This document shows, one piece after another, positions 56,068-63,516 of a stretch of DNA of 64,000 bases. A program made the position numbers and the translations under genes. Source of the stretch: a virus; the IMG/VR virus record IMGVR_UViG_3300045988_042533, positions 30,905-94,904 of that record; one strand, written 5' to 3'. Each line of letters begins with the position of its first letter. The first letter of the stretch is position 1. The notes under the pieces were generated by a model. It did no database searches and was not told the origin of the DNA. It saw nothing but the letters and a program-made list of their open reading frames with translations.

Positions 56068-56763
56068 ATGGCTAGAAATAGAAAACCTAAAGAATCTGTT
56101 CAAATTCCTATTAAAGATAGAAAGTTAACAGATTGTGTTGATGAAAGTCTTGTAGATGAAAATGTATTATCATTTAGAGCTATTCAAGATAAACTTGTTA
56201 ATATCTATGCTAAGAAGAATCATGATTATGGTGATAGTTTCAATCAAGGTTGTAATGAACTTGGTGTAGGTTATGCTTTTAGTAGAATATTCGATAAAAC
56301 TAAAAGATTTCAAACTCTTGCTAAAGGTATTATGACTAATTCTCTTAGTATAGAAGTACAAGATGAAACTGTTGAAGATACTATTATGGATTTAGCTAAC
56401 TATTGTGTAATGTATCTTGCATGGAGGGATAAACATATTCATGTAGGAGAAGCAGAAGCTAAACATTTTTCTATAATAGAAGGAAGAGATAATCAAGTTG
56501 ATATAAAACATCCTTCTACGGGGGAGCTAGAATCTAATAATAATACTAATACTTATTATCATAAATTACATGATGAACTTTTTACTAATAAAGTTATATT
56601 ACTTCAAGTAGATAGTAGGAAAGATTGTACTAATCGAGTAACAAGTAAATACGGTTTTGATTTATTTAGAGATGAAAATGATTATGTTTACATCAAAAGT
56701 GTTACTGGTGAACTTATAGATGTAACTATTGATGGTGAATATGTTATATGTATTATACAATAA
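56068..56763 (+). CDS. DUF1599-like (all-alpha, MazG-related) N-terminal domain protein with an extra C-terminal domain
   Basis: KKNHDYGDSF...GYAFSRIFDKTKRF...VEDTIMDLANYCVMY follows the K.xDYG / R..DK..R / D...DL.NY pattern. The GC-rich motif (PSTGEL) sits at the domain junction (aa ~150). Confidence 0.5.
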   Translation: MARNRKPKESVQIPIKDRKLTDCVDESLVDENVLSFRAIQDKLVNIYAKKNHDYGDSFNQGCNELGVGYAFSRIFDKTKRFQTLAKGIMTNSLSIEVQDETVEDTIMDLANYCVMYLAWRDKHIHVGEAEAKHFSIIEGRDNQVDIKHPSTGELESNNNTNTYYHKLHDELFTNKVILLQVDSRKDCTNRVTSKYGFDLFRDENDYVYIKSVTGELIDVTIDGEYVICIIQ

Positions 56764-56772
56764 TAATGAGTT

Positions 56773-56946
56773 ATGGAAAAATATAAAGTTATAAAATCTT
56801 ATATTGAGACTGAATATGCTTATGTTGAAGCTAATTCAGAAGATGAAGCTATAAAGAAAGCAATAGAAGAAGATATTTGGGAAAAGAATCCTAATGATGA
56901 TATATATCTTAATTTTGAATATATTGCTATTAGAGATAATGATTAA
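56773..56946 (+). CDS. 57-aa acidic ORF
   Basis: Hand translation MEKYKVIKSYIETEYAYVEANSEDEAIKKAIEEDIWEKNPNDDIYLNFEYIAIRDND. Confidence 0.35.
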   Translation: MEKYKVIKSYIETEYAYVEANSEDEAIKKAIEEDIWEKNPNDDIYLNFEYIAIRDND

Positions 56947-56967
56947 TAATATAATATTTAATAGAAT

Positions 56968-57870
56968 ATGAAACTAATTAAATCTAATGTAGAAGAATGG
57001 CGTTGTGGTTATACTTTGCCTGAAATTTGGGCACATATTGCAAAATGTGCTAGAGTTTGTTATCAGAATGAACCTCGTAATAATGGAGAGACTGATGAAG
57101 AATTTGTCAAGAGAGTGATTCTTCGTAATCATTCTTTTGATGAAATAGCTAAAAGTAGAGAACTTCAACTTAAACTTCATCTTTCATGTCTTGAACATGG
57201 AACTGTATATCTTAATGTTCCTTATTTAGCTAATAAAGAAAAACTTTCTATATTCTTTTTTAATCAATATGATAAGTTTAAATGTTATAAAATAGAAGAT
57301 AATTCTGATACTTATAACATTGCTATAACAACTAATATGAGATTTATTGTTGAAAATGGACGTACTGATTTATTAAATTATCTTTGTACTCCTACAAAAT
57401 ATCATTATCTTAGAACTACATTTAATATTATTACAGATATTGGTGTAGTAAGAGAACTTGCAAGACATAGAACTCATAGTATTAGTGAAGAATCTACAAG
57501 GTATTGTAATTATGGTAAATCTAAATTCGGCAATGAACTTACATTTATTATTCCTGAATGGGTTGAAACTCGTTGTCCTAATACTGAACATAGTGGTCCA
57601 AGTTCTGCTGATATATATTGGTCTTCTGCTTGTAAAGAAGCAGAAAGTAATTATCTTAGACTTCTTGAAAATGGTTGGACACCTCAACAAGCTCGTCAAA
57701 TTCTTCCTCTAAATACTAAAGTTCAAACTATTCATACAGCATTTAATTCTGATTGGGATGAGTTTGTTAAACTTAGGGCTGATGCTTGTAGTGGAAGTGT
57801 TCATCCTAATATGAAAGTTATAGCTAATAAGATTAAAAGTTTAATGAGTAAAGAAAATGCCACAAACTGA
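56968..57870 (+). CDS. thyX: FAD-dependent thymidylate synthase ThyX
   Basis: ThyX signature RHRTHSISEESTRY (RHRxxS...S.RY) and appropriate size. Confidence 0.85.
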   Translation: MKLIKSNVEEWRCGYTLPEIWAHIAKCARVCYQNEPRNNGETDEEFVKRVILRNHSFDEIAKSRELQLKLHLSCLEHGTVYLNVPYLANKEKLSIFFFNQYDKFKCYKIEDNSDTYNIAITTNMRFIVENGRTDLLNYLCTPTKYHYLRTTFNIITDIGVVRELARHRTHSISEESTRYCNYGKSKFGNELTFIIPEWVETRCPNTEHSGPSSADIYWSSACKEAESNYLRLLENGWTPQQARQILPLNTKVQTIHTAFNSDWDEFVKLRADACSGSVHPNMKVIANKIKSLMSKENATN

Positions 57871-58087
57871 TAGTTTTATATCTGCTAATATAGATGCAGA
57901 AAATTTTAGCAGATTAGCAAAGGATATTGCATCTAATCAACAATTAGATGATGCTATTCAAATGCACAGATATGAAATGATGGAACGCTTTAGAACTCCC
58001 GATATACCTATGAATAGGTATGAACGTAGAGTTGCTAAAGCAAAGTATAATAGTCTTAATAAAAGAAGAAAGAGGAAGAGATTATGA
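57857..58087 (+). CDS. Small protein with basic C-terminus (76 aa)
   Basis: ORF track. Overlapping starts and stops on both sides. Confidence 0.45.
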   Translation: MPQTDSFISANIDAENFSRLAKDIASNQQLDDAIQMHRYEMMERFRTPDIPMNRYERRVAKAKYNSLNKRRKRKRL

Positions 58088-58920
58088 AAAAGTATGAATT
58101 AATACCTGTAATTTTAGAAACTGATAATCTTGTACTACATAGAATCAAAGCATTAAAAGATTTTGGTTATGTTAAAGCTGGTGAATTTGGAGGTTGGATA
58201 GAAAGCGAAGAAAACCTTTCACAAGATGGTACATCTTGGGTTTTTAATAACGCTAAAGTTAGCGGAAATGCAAGAGTTTATGGAAATGCAGAAATATATA
58301 ATAATGTATGGGTTTTTGGTAATGCTGTGGTTTATGAAAATGCAAAAGTTCGTAACAATGCAATGGTGTTTAATAATGCTGGTATTTATGGTAATGCTCG
58401 TATAAGTAACAATGCAAGAGTTTACGACAATGCTGTTGTATATGAAAACGCAAGAGTATTTGATAATTCAAATGTCTGTGGAAATGCTGCTGTTTATGGA
58501 GACGCAAAGATTTATTGCTATGCAAATGTCTGTGATAATGCAACAGTCCATGGTAATGCAAGAGTTTACCATAATGCTCAAATATATGATGAAGCAAACA
58601 TTTATGATTATGCTTATATTTATGAAAACGCTGTTGTTCATGGAAAGGCAAATATCTTTGGTCAGATTAATATTTATGGAAAGGCTGAGATTTTTGGTGA
58701 TGCAAAACTCTATAGTAACGCAGATTACATTGTTTTCAAGAACTTTTGGAGCAGTGGACGATACTTTACATGGACACGTCCAAACAATAAATGGAAAGTA
58801 GGTTGTTTCTATGGGACAGGTGAAGAGCTTATAGAGAAAGCTTATGCTGATAGTGAAAGGTCTGGTAGAGAATATGAAAGAGTTGTAAGATATGTTGAAA
58901 GCATACTTGCAGATGAATAA
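58084..58920 (+). CDS. Hexapeptide-repeat (beta-helix-type) protein, about 27 consecutive x-N-A-x-(V/I)-(Y/F) hexads
   Basis: aa 55-216 read NNAKVS GNARVY GNAEIY NNVWVF GNAVVY ... GDAKLY. N-terminal LHRIKALKDFGYVKAGEFGGWIESEENLSQDG and C-terminal WKVGCFYGTGEEL. SD-like GAGGAAGAG lies upstream. Confidence 0.7.
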   Translation: MKKYELIPVILETDNLVLHRIKALKDFGYVKAGEFGGWIESEENLSQDGTSWVFNNAKVSGNARVYGNAEIYNNVWVFGNAVVYENAKVRNNAMVFNNAGIYGNARISNNARVYDNAVVYENARVFDNSNVCGNAAVYGDAKIYCYANVCDNATVHGNARVYHNAQIYDEANIYDYAYIYENAVVHGKANIFGQINIYGKAEIFGDAKLYSNADYIVFKNFWSSGRYFTWTRPNNKWKVGCFYGTGEELIEKAYADSERSGREYERVVRYVESILADE

Positions 58921-58943
58921 TTAAAACAAGAGGAGAAATAATT

Positions 58944-59039
58944 ATGACAGAAATGGTGTTAATGTTGATAATTCTATTCTTTGTATTTTTATTTATAGGA
59001 TTACATGTATTTATTTTATATAAACAAAAGGAGAAATAA
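58944..59039 (+). CDS. 31-aa hydrophobic peptide ORF
   Basis: Hand translation MTEMVLMLIILFFVFLFIGLHVFILYKQKEK. AGGAGAAATAATT precedes the ATG. Confidence 0.3.
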   Translation: MTEMVLMLIILFFVFLFIGLHVFILYKQKEK

Positions 59040-59041
59040 TT

Positions 59042-60082
59042 ATGAGTATGATAGAATGGGCAGAAAGAGAAATAGCTGCCGCTTGTAAAAGAGAAAATCC
59101 TAATTGGGATGGTAAAAGTTTTGATTATGGTTGTTCATGTTATCAATCAGCACTCAAAGCTTATAAATCTTTAATGGATGATGGACATAGTGGATTTAGT
59201 TTCAGTATGACAAGAAATATACTAAAGAAGCTACTTGATGAAATACCATTATCTCCAATAAGAGACAGTGATTTCTTTATTAATGAAGGTAAAAGTATTA
59301 GAAGACTTGAAAGTGATGAAAGTCTTAAAAAGCGTGGACTTAAATCAAGTATTCAATGTCCTCGTAGGAGTAGTCTTTTTCGTAAAGAAGATTTAGAAGG
59401 TAATGTTAGATATATAGATATTGAAAGGGCTTATTGTATTAACGCTGAAAATCCTTCAGATACTTTCTCAAGCAGTCTTGACGATTTCGTTGATAAACTT
59501 TATCCAATCACAATGCCTTATATGCCATCTTCTGAACAATTTAAAGTATATATAAAATATTGGCTTACTGATAAAAGTCATGGTGATTTTGACGTTCAAG
59601 AAATTATTGGTTATAAAGACCCACAAGGACAATGGCATGATTATAGTGAACTTATATATGATGATGGTAATAGTGTACGTGTAATTACGGATGAAGATAC
59701 AAAACATAAACTTATAGCACGTAGACTTACCTCTATTGAAGATAATATAGCAAGAAATGTATTTGATGACATTAAAGATATATTCTTACCTGACGAGTTA
59801 TATAGAGATAATAGAATAAGATATAACAAAATCAAGGATGCTATTGATAGAGTTATTAAAGTTCGCTTTAATATTGTAAGTGCTAAATGTCGTTGTCTTG
59901 CAAAACAAGATGAACATGGTATTTGCTATCTAAATACTTATAATAATATTTATACTTTAGTTAAAGGTTCTGATGAAGATAAAAAGCCTTTAATTGAAGA
60001 ATGTGATGATGTAAGAGAGTTGATAGAAGTAATAAACATGTTGAAAGAAGAAATTGATATGGTAATTGATAATAAAAACTAA
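59042..60082 (+). CDS. Hypothetical protein (346 aa)
   Basis: ORF track. AGGAGAAATAATT precedes the ATG. The N-terminal EWAEREIAAACKRE...DDGHSGFSFSMTRNILKKLL motif is recalled from phage proteins of unknown function. Confidence 0.6.
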   Translation: MSMIEWAEREIAAACKRENPNWDGKSFDYGCSCYQSALKAYKSLMDDGHSGFSFSMTRNILKKLLDEIPLSPIRDSDFFINEGKSIRRLESDESLKKRGLKSSIQCPRRSSLFRKEDLEGNVRYIDIERAYCINAENPSDTFSSSLDDFVDKLYPITMPYMPSSEQFKVYIKYWLTDKSHGDFDVQEIIGYKDPQGQWHDYSELIYDDGNSVRVITDEDTKHKLIARRLTSIEDNIARNVFDDIKDIFLPDELYRDNRIRYNKIKDAIDRVIKVRFNIVSAKCRCLAKQDEHGICYLNTYNNIYTLVKGSDEDKKPLIEECDDVRELIEVINMLKEEIDMVIDNKN

Positions 60083-60086
60083 TAAT

Positions 60087-60674
60087 ATGTTAGGAAGTCA
60101 CAATAGTTTAACCTACTTGCCATGTCGCAAGTGGTGGATGTATTTAATTAACTGGGCAGCTAAATGTCAAAGTAAAAATCTTTATGAACAATATCATAAT
60201 GGAGTTAGATATTTTGATATTAGAGTTAGGTTTGATAAAAATGATAGACCTGTAATTGTTCATGGTCTTGTAGAATACAAAGGTATTGCAGAAAATTATG
60301 TAGCTATTATAAATGAGTTTGCTAAACATTACAAAGAAGACGTTTATGTAAGATTTGTTCTAGAGTTTAATAAAGAACCTGATGATTGGTTTGCTCAATG
60401 CAATCTTCTTAAAAGATTTATAGCTAATCTTAGAGATGAATATACTAATATCATTTATGATTATAGTATGACTAAGTGGAATGAAGAAGAACTTAATAGA
60501 TATAATACTAAAATGATATATATATTTCATAGGTATAGTAGTACTCTTGGATGGAAGAGATTCTTTTGGATTCCATATTGGTATGCTAAACTTCACAATA
60601 AAGATATTAGAGATACTTGGGAGATTGAACTTAAAGATAAAGTTAATAGAGTTTTAATGTTAGATTTTGTATAA
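60087..60674 (+). CDS. PI-PLC X-domain-like phosphodiesterase (195 aa from ATG 60087)
   Basis: MLGSHNSLTY, GVRYFDIRVR and VIVHG match, in order, the bacterial PI-PLC motifs (P)GTHDSGT, G(A/I)R(I/F)FDIRGR and (V)LHHG, which contain the catalytic His/Arg/His. The track start at 60066 overlaps the previous gene. Confidence 0.55.
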   Translation: MLGSHNSLTYLPCRKWWMYLINWAAKCQSKNLYEQYHNGVRYFDIRVRFDKNDRPVIVHGLVEYKGIAENYVAIINEFAKHYKEDVYVRFVLEFNKEPDDWFAQCNLLKRFIANLRDEYTNIIYDYSMTKWNEEELNRYNTKMIYIFHRYSSTLGWKRFFWIPYWYAKLHNKDIRDTWEIELKDKVNRVLMLDFV

Positions 60675-60879
60675 TATGGCTTGGATTACAATGCTTAATT
60701 ATGAAACAGGTACAATAGATTATCTTGAAACAGATGTTTACTATGATGATTATACAGAAATAGAAAAATGTCTTATAGCTAATCATATTGACCCTGAGAC
60801 AGTGGCTTATATGTCTACAGAAAGTAAGCCTTCAGTATATAATATTAATTTACAAGAAACAGAGGAGGTATTTGAATGA
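60667..60879 (+). CDS. Small acidic protein (70 aa)
   Basis: ORF track. Confidence 0.45.
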   Translation: MYNMAWITMLNYETGTIDYLETDVYYDDYTEIEKCLIANHIDPETVAYMSTESKPSVYNINLQETEEVFE

Positions 60880-61076
60880 GTGATGATTTTAAATGTTTTG
60901 TAGGACTTCATAAAGATGAAATTTATAAAGAAGTTGAAGTCAGAGATAAGAACAATAATGCTGTTGGCATTAATGTTGTGCTTAAATGTACTAATTGTGG
61001 ACGTATTAAATCTATATTTATTCCTACAGATATAGATTATGTTCAGAATAGTAGTACTCGTGTTAATCAAAAATAA
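60876..61076 (+). CDS. Small protein (66 aa)
   Basis: ORF track. Canonical AGGAGG lies 7 nt upstream of the ATG. Confidence 0.5.
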   Translation: MSDDFKCFVGLHKDEIYKEVEVRDKNNNAVGINVVLKCTNCGRIKSIFIPTDIDYVQNSSTRVNQK

Positions 61077-61085
61077 ATTAGAATT

Positions 61086-61835
61086 ATGAATATATTTGAA
61101 ATACAAGAAGATTTACAAGCTTTAATAGATACTATTGAAGCTAATGGTGGTGAAGTAGATGATGAATTGAGTAATCAATTTGCTGCTACAAATAATGACT
61201 TTAAAGAGAAATGTCTAGCTTATGCTGAAGTAATTCAAACTCTTAATAATGACTTAGTTCTTATTAAAGAAGAGAAAGATAGACTTGATAGAGTTAAGAA
61301 ACAAAAAGAAAGGTCTATTACATTTCTTAATAATGTTCTAGTTTCAGCTATAGAAAGATTTGGTACTCCTGATAAGAAAGGCAAACGATTTATTGATTAT
61401 GGAACTAAGAAACTTTCTGTAAAAGAAACTAAAGTTGTTGAAACTAATGATAGCTTTATAGAATCATTAGTTTATAATCTTAAATCTGATTTAAGTTATA
61501 ACAAAATTAATAACACTCTACATATAGCTGATACTATAGATAAAGAAGCATTTGTAGATGAATGTAGAAATGTATATTGGGAAGAGCCTGATGAAACTCA
61601 AAACATTTATGATAGTGATTTGAATAATCTGATGGTAACAACTGAAGTTACAATTCCTCTTTCATCTATATTTAATGAAAAAGGTTATAAATTTGTAGCA
61701 GATTGTGTTTCTGTTTCTCCTATGTATAAATTTAAAGGAAGTATTTCTAAACCTGATATTAAAAGTATTATTGAGAATGGTGATAACACTAATCTTGGTA
61801 AAATAGTTATTAATAAGAAAGTAAATATTAAGTAA
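61086..61835 (+). CDS. Siphovirus Gp157-like protein
   Basis: N-terminal pattern MNIFEIQEDLQALIDTIEANGGEVDDE...KCLAYAEVIQTLNNDLVLIKEEKDRLDRVKKQKERSITFLNN resembles the Gp157 family consensus (recalled from memory). Confidence 0.5.
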   Translation: MNIFEIQEDLQALIDTIEANGGEVDDELSNQFAATNNDFKEKCLAYAEVIQTLNNDLVLIKEEKDRLDRVKKQKERSITFLNNVLVSAIERFGTPDKKGKRFIDYGTKKLSVKETKVVETNDSFIESLVYNLKSDLSYNKINNTLHIADTIDKEAFVDECRNVYWEEPDETQNIYDSDLNNLMVTTEVTIPLSSIFNEKGYKFVADCVSVSPMYKFKGSISKPDIKSIIENGDNTNLGKIVINKKVNIK

Positions 61836-61836
61836 T

Positions 61837-62112
61837 ATGGCAAAGAATAGTTATATATTTGAAGTATCAGTAAAAGTTGCTGATGGTAATGTTCATTCAT
61901 TTTCAACTGTTGGTGCAAACATTAATGATGTATATTATAACTTTAATGATAAAGTATTTAATGGTGAACCTGTAGAAATAATTCAAGTTACTCGTACTGA
62001 TAAAGTAGTTGAAGGTTATACAATGAATTTGGAGTTAAATCCGGATTATAAGCCGACTGAGAAGAATACTGATAAGCTGATAGAGTCTGATATGCTTGCT
62101 CCTGAAGAATAA
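61837..62112 (+). CDS. Hypothetical protein (91 aa)
   Basis: ORF track. Confidence 0.5.
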   Translation: MAKNSYIFEVSVKVADGNVHSFSTVGANINDVYYNFNDKVFNGEPVEIIQVTRTDKVVEGYTMNLELNPDYKPTEKNTDKLIESDMLAPEE

Positions 62113-62129
62113 TAATATGTTGAACAATA

Positions 62130-62171
62130 AATCCTCCACAAGTCAAATAATAATGGCTTGTAGAGGATTTT
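62130..62171 (+). terminator. 13-bp imperfect hairpin after 61837..62112
   Basis: AATCCTCCACAAG / CTTGTAGAGGATT (one mismatch), followed by TT then an A-run. Confidence 0.4.
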
Positions 62172-62190
62172 AAAAAATAAAATAACTGAT

Positions 62191-63246
62191 ATGAGTAAAT
62201 ATAATGTTAACGGTTTACCTTGGAGAAGTGGTCTAGGTAAAGATGTAACTATGTGTGAAACTTCTGCTGAAGTTAATAAAACTGCTGGTCTAGATTGGAC
62301 TGTAGATAAATGTCCTCTAGTAGCTAAAATGCCTTTTGGAATAGGTCGTAATAACGAAATAGATGAAGATGCTTTTGCACATAATGGTAAAATATATCGT
62401 GATTGTCCTAAAGCTTTTGCTACTTATAGAACAGATATTAATGAACCTCTAGGTATAGTTAAATCTCAATATGAAATAGTTCAAAACGCTGATGCTTTTA
62501 ACTTCTTTGATGAAGCTATAGGTGAAGGTGGAGCTACTTGGGATAGAGCAGGTTATTTTGGTTATGGTAATAAAGTATTTGTAACAGCTAAATTAAATAT
62601 TAATACTGATGTTGAAGGTGACAAAATCAATAATTATTTGGTGTTTAGTAACAGTCATGATGGTAGTGGTTCTGTTAACATTCTTCTATCTCCTATTCGT
62701 GTTATATGTACAAATATGCTCAATGGTGCTTTGATGAAGAATGATTGTTATATTAGACTTAGACATACTAAGACTGTTAAAGAAAGACTTGAAATAGGAA
62801 CACAAGTTCTTAAAGTTGCTTGTGAAAGAGCAAGAAGTGCTCAAGAACTATATAGAGAAATGTCTAAGATTAAACTTGATGATGGTGCTGTTATAAAGTA
62901 TCTAGCAGATATTAATCTTAACGATGAAGAACAAGAAAAGTTAATGTCTTATGATTCTAAACATGGATATAATAGATTAGTTAATAAAGAATATAGATGT
63001 CTTGAATCTACAGGAATAAGTACTCGTAAAGCTAATATAATATCTGGAATGTATGAATATTATAATGATGGTATTGGTCAAAAAGATATATATGGAAATG
63101 GTTGGGGAGCTTATAATGCAGTTACAGGTTTTTACTCTAATGTTGCTAATCTTGAAGGTGAAAAGCGTATGGAATCTCTTATTTGGGGTTCTGCTAATAA
63201 CAATATGCTCAAAGCCGCAAATGAAGTAATGAAGTTAGCTATATGA
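62191..63246 (+). CDS. DUF932/DUF945-like phage/plasmid protein
   Basis: LGIVKSQYEIVQNADAFNFFDE ... YLVFSNSHDGSGSVNILLSPIRVICTNML matches the family core (LG.V...Y..vqN...f / nshDGs.s / iRvvC.N). Confidence 0.65.
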   Translation: MSKYNVNGLPWRSGLGKDVTMCETSAEVNKTAGLDWTVDKCPLVAKMPFGIGRNNEIDEDAFAHNGKIYRDCPKAFATYRTDINEPLGIVKSQYEIVQNADAFNFFDEAIGEGGATWDRAGYFGYGNKVFVTAKLNINTDVEGDKINNYLVFSNSHDGSGSVNILLSPIRVICTNMLNGALMKNDCYIRLRHTKTVKERLEIGTQVLKVACERARSAQELYREMSKIKLDDGAVIKYLADINLNDEEQEKLMSYDSKHGYNRLVNKEYRCLESTGISTRKANIISGMYEYYNDGIGQKDIYGNGWGAYNAVTGFYSNVANLEGEKRMESLIWGSANNNMLKAANEVMKLAI

Positions 63247-63491
63247 TGAATATTATTAAAACTCAATATAATCTTGGTGACGAAGTATATGTTATAGATT
63301 TTTCTAGAGGACAAGTTGCTAAAGGTTATGTTTCTAGAAAACTAATACAAATAATATCTGATGAAGAAACGTATGTTTTTCTAGATATTGAAGATGTTAA
63401 TTCTAATCCTATTGTTCAACAAGTTAATGAAAACTTTGTTTTTAAAACTAAAGATGAACTTAAAGAATGGGTTGAACATATAGTTGACTAG
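63243..63491 (+). CDS. Hypothetical protein (82 aa), last gene of the rightward arm in this window
   Basis: ORF track. ATGA overlap with the previous gene. Confidence 0.5.
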   Translation: MMNIIKTQYNLGDEVYVIDFSRGQVAKGYVSRKLIQIISDEETYVFLDIEDVNSNPIVQQVNENFVFKTKDELKEWVEHIVD

Positions 63492-63516
63492 CTAACTATC
63501 TATACTAGTAATACTA

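Noticed and set aside
58246-58801. 18-nt periodic DNA repeat that might look like a repeat array or CRISPR, plus ORFs 58370..58651 (-) and 58412..58801 (+)
   Set aside because: The periodicity is exactly the hexapeptide coding repeat of 58084..58920. There are no unique spacers. The alternative-frame ORFs (H/Y/L-rich or M/Q-rich) are by-products of the repeat.
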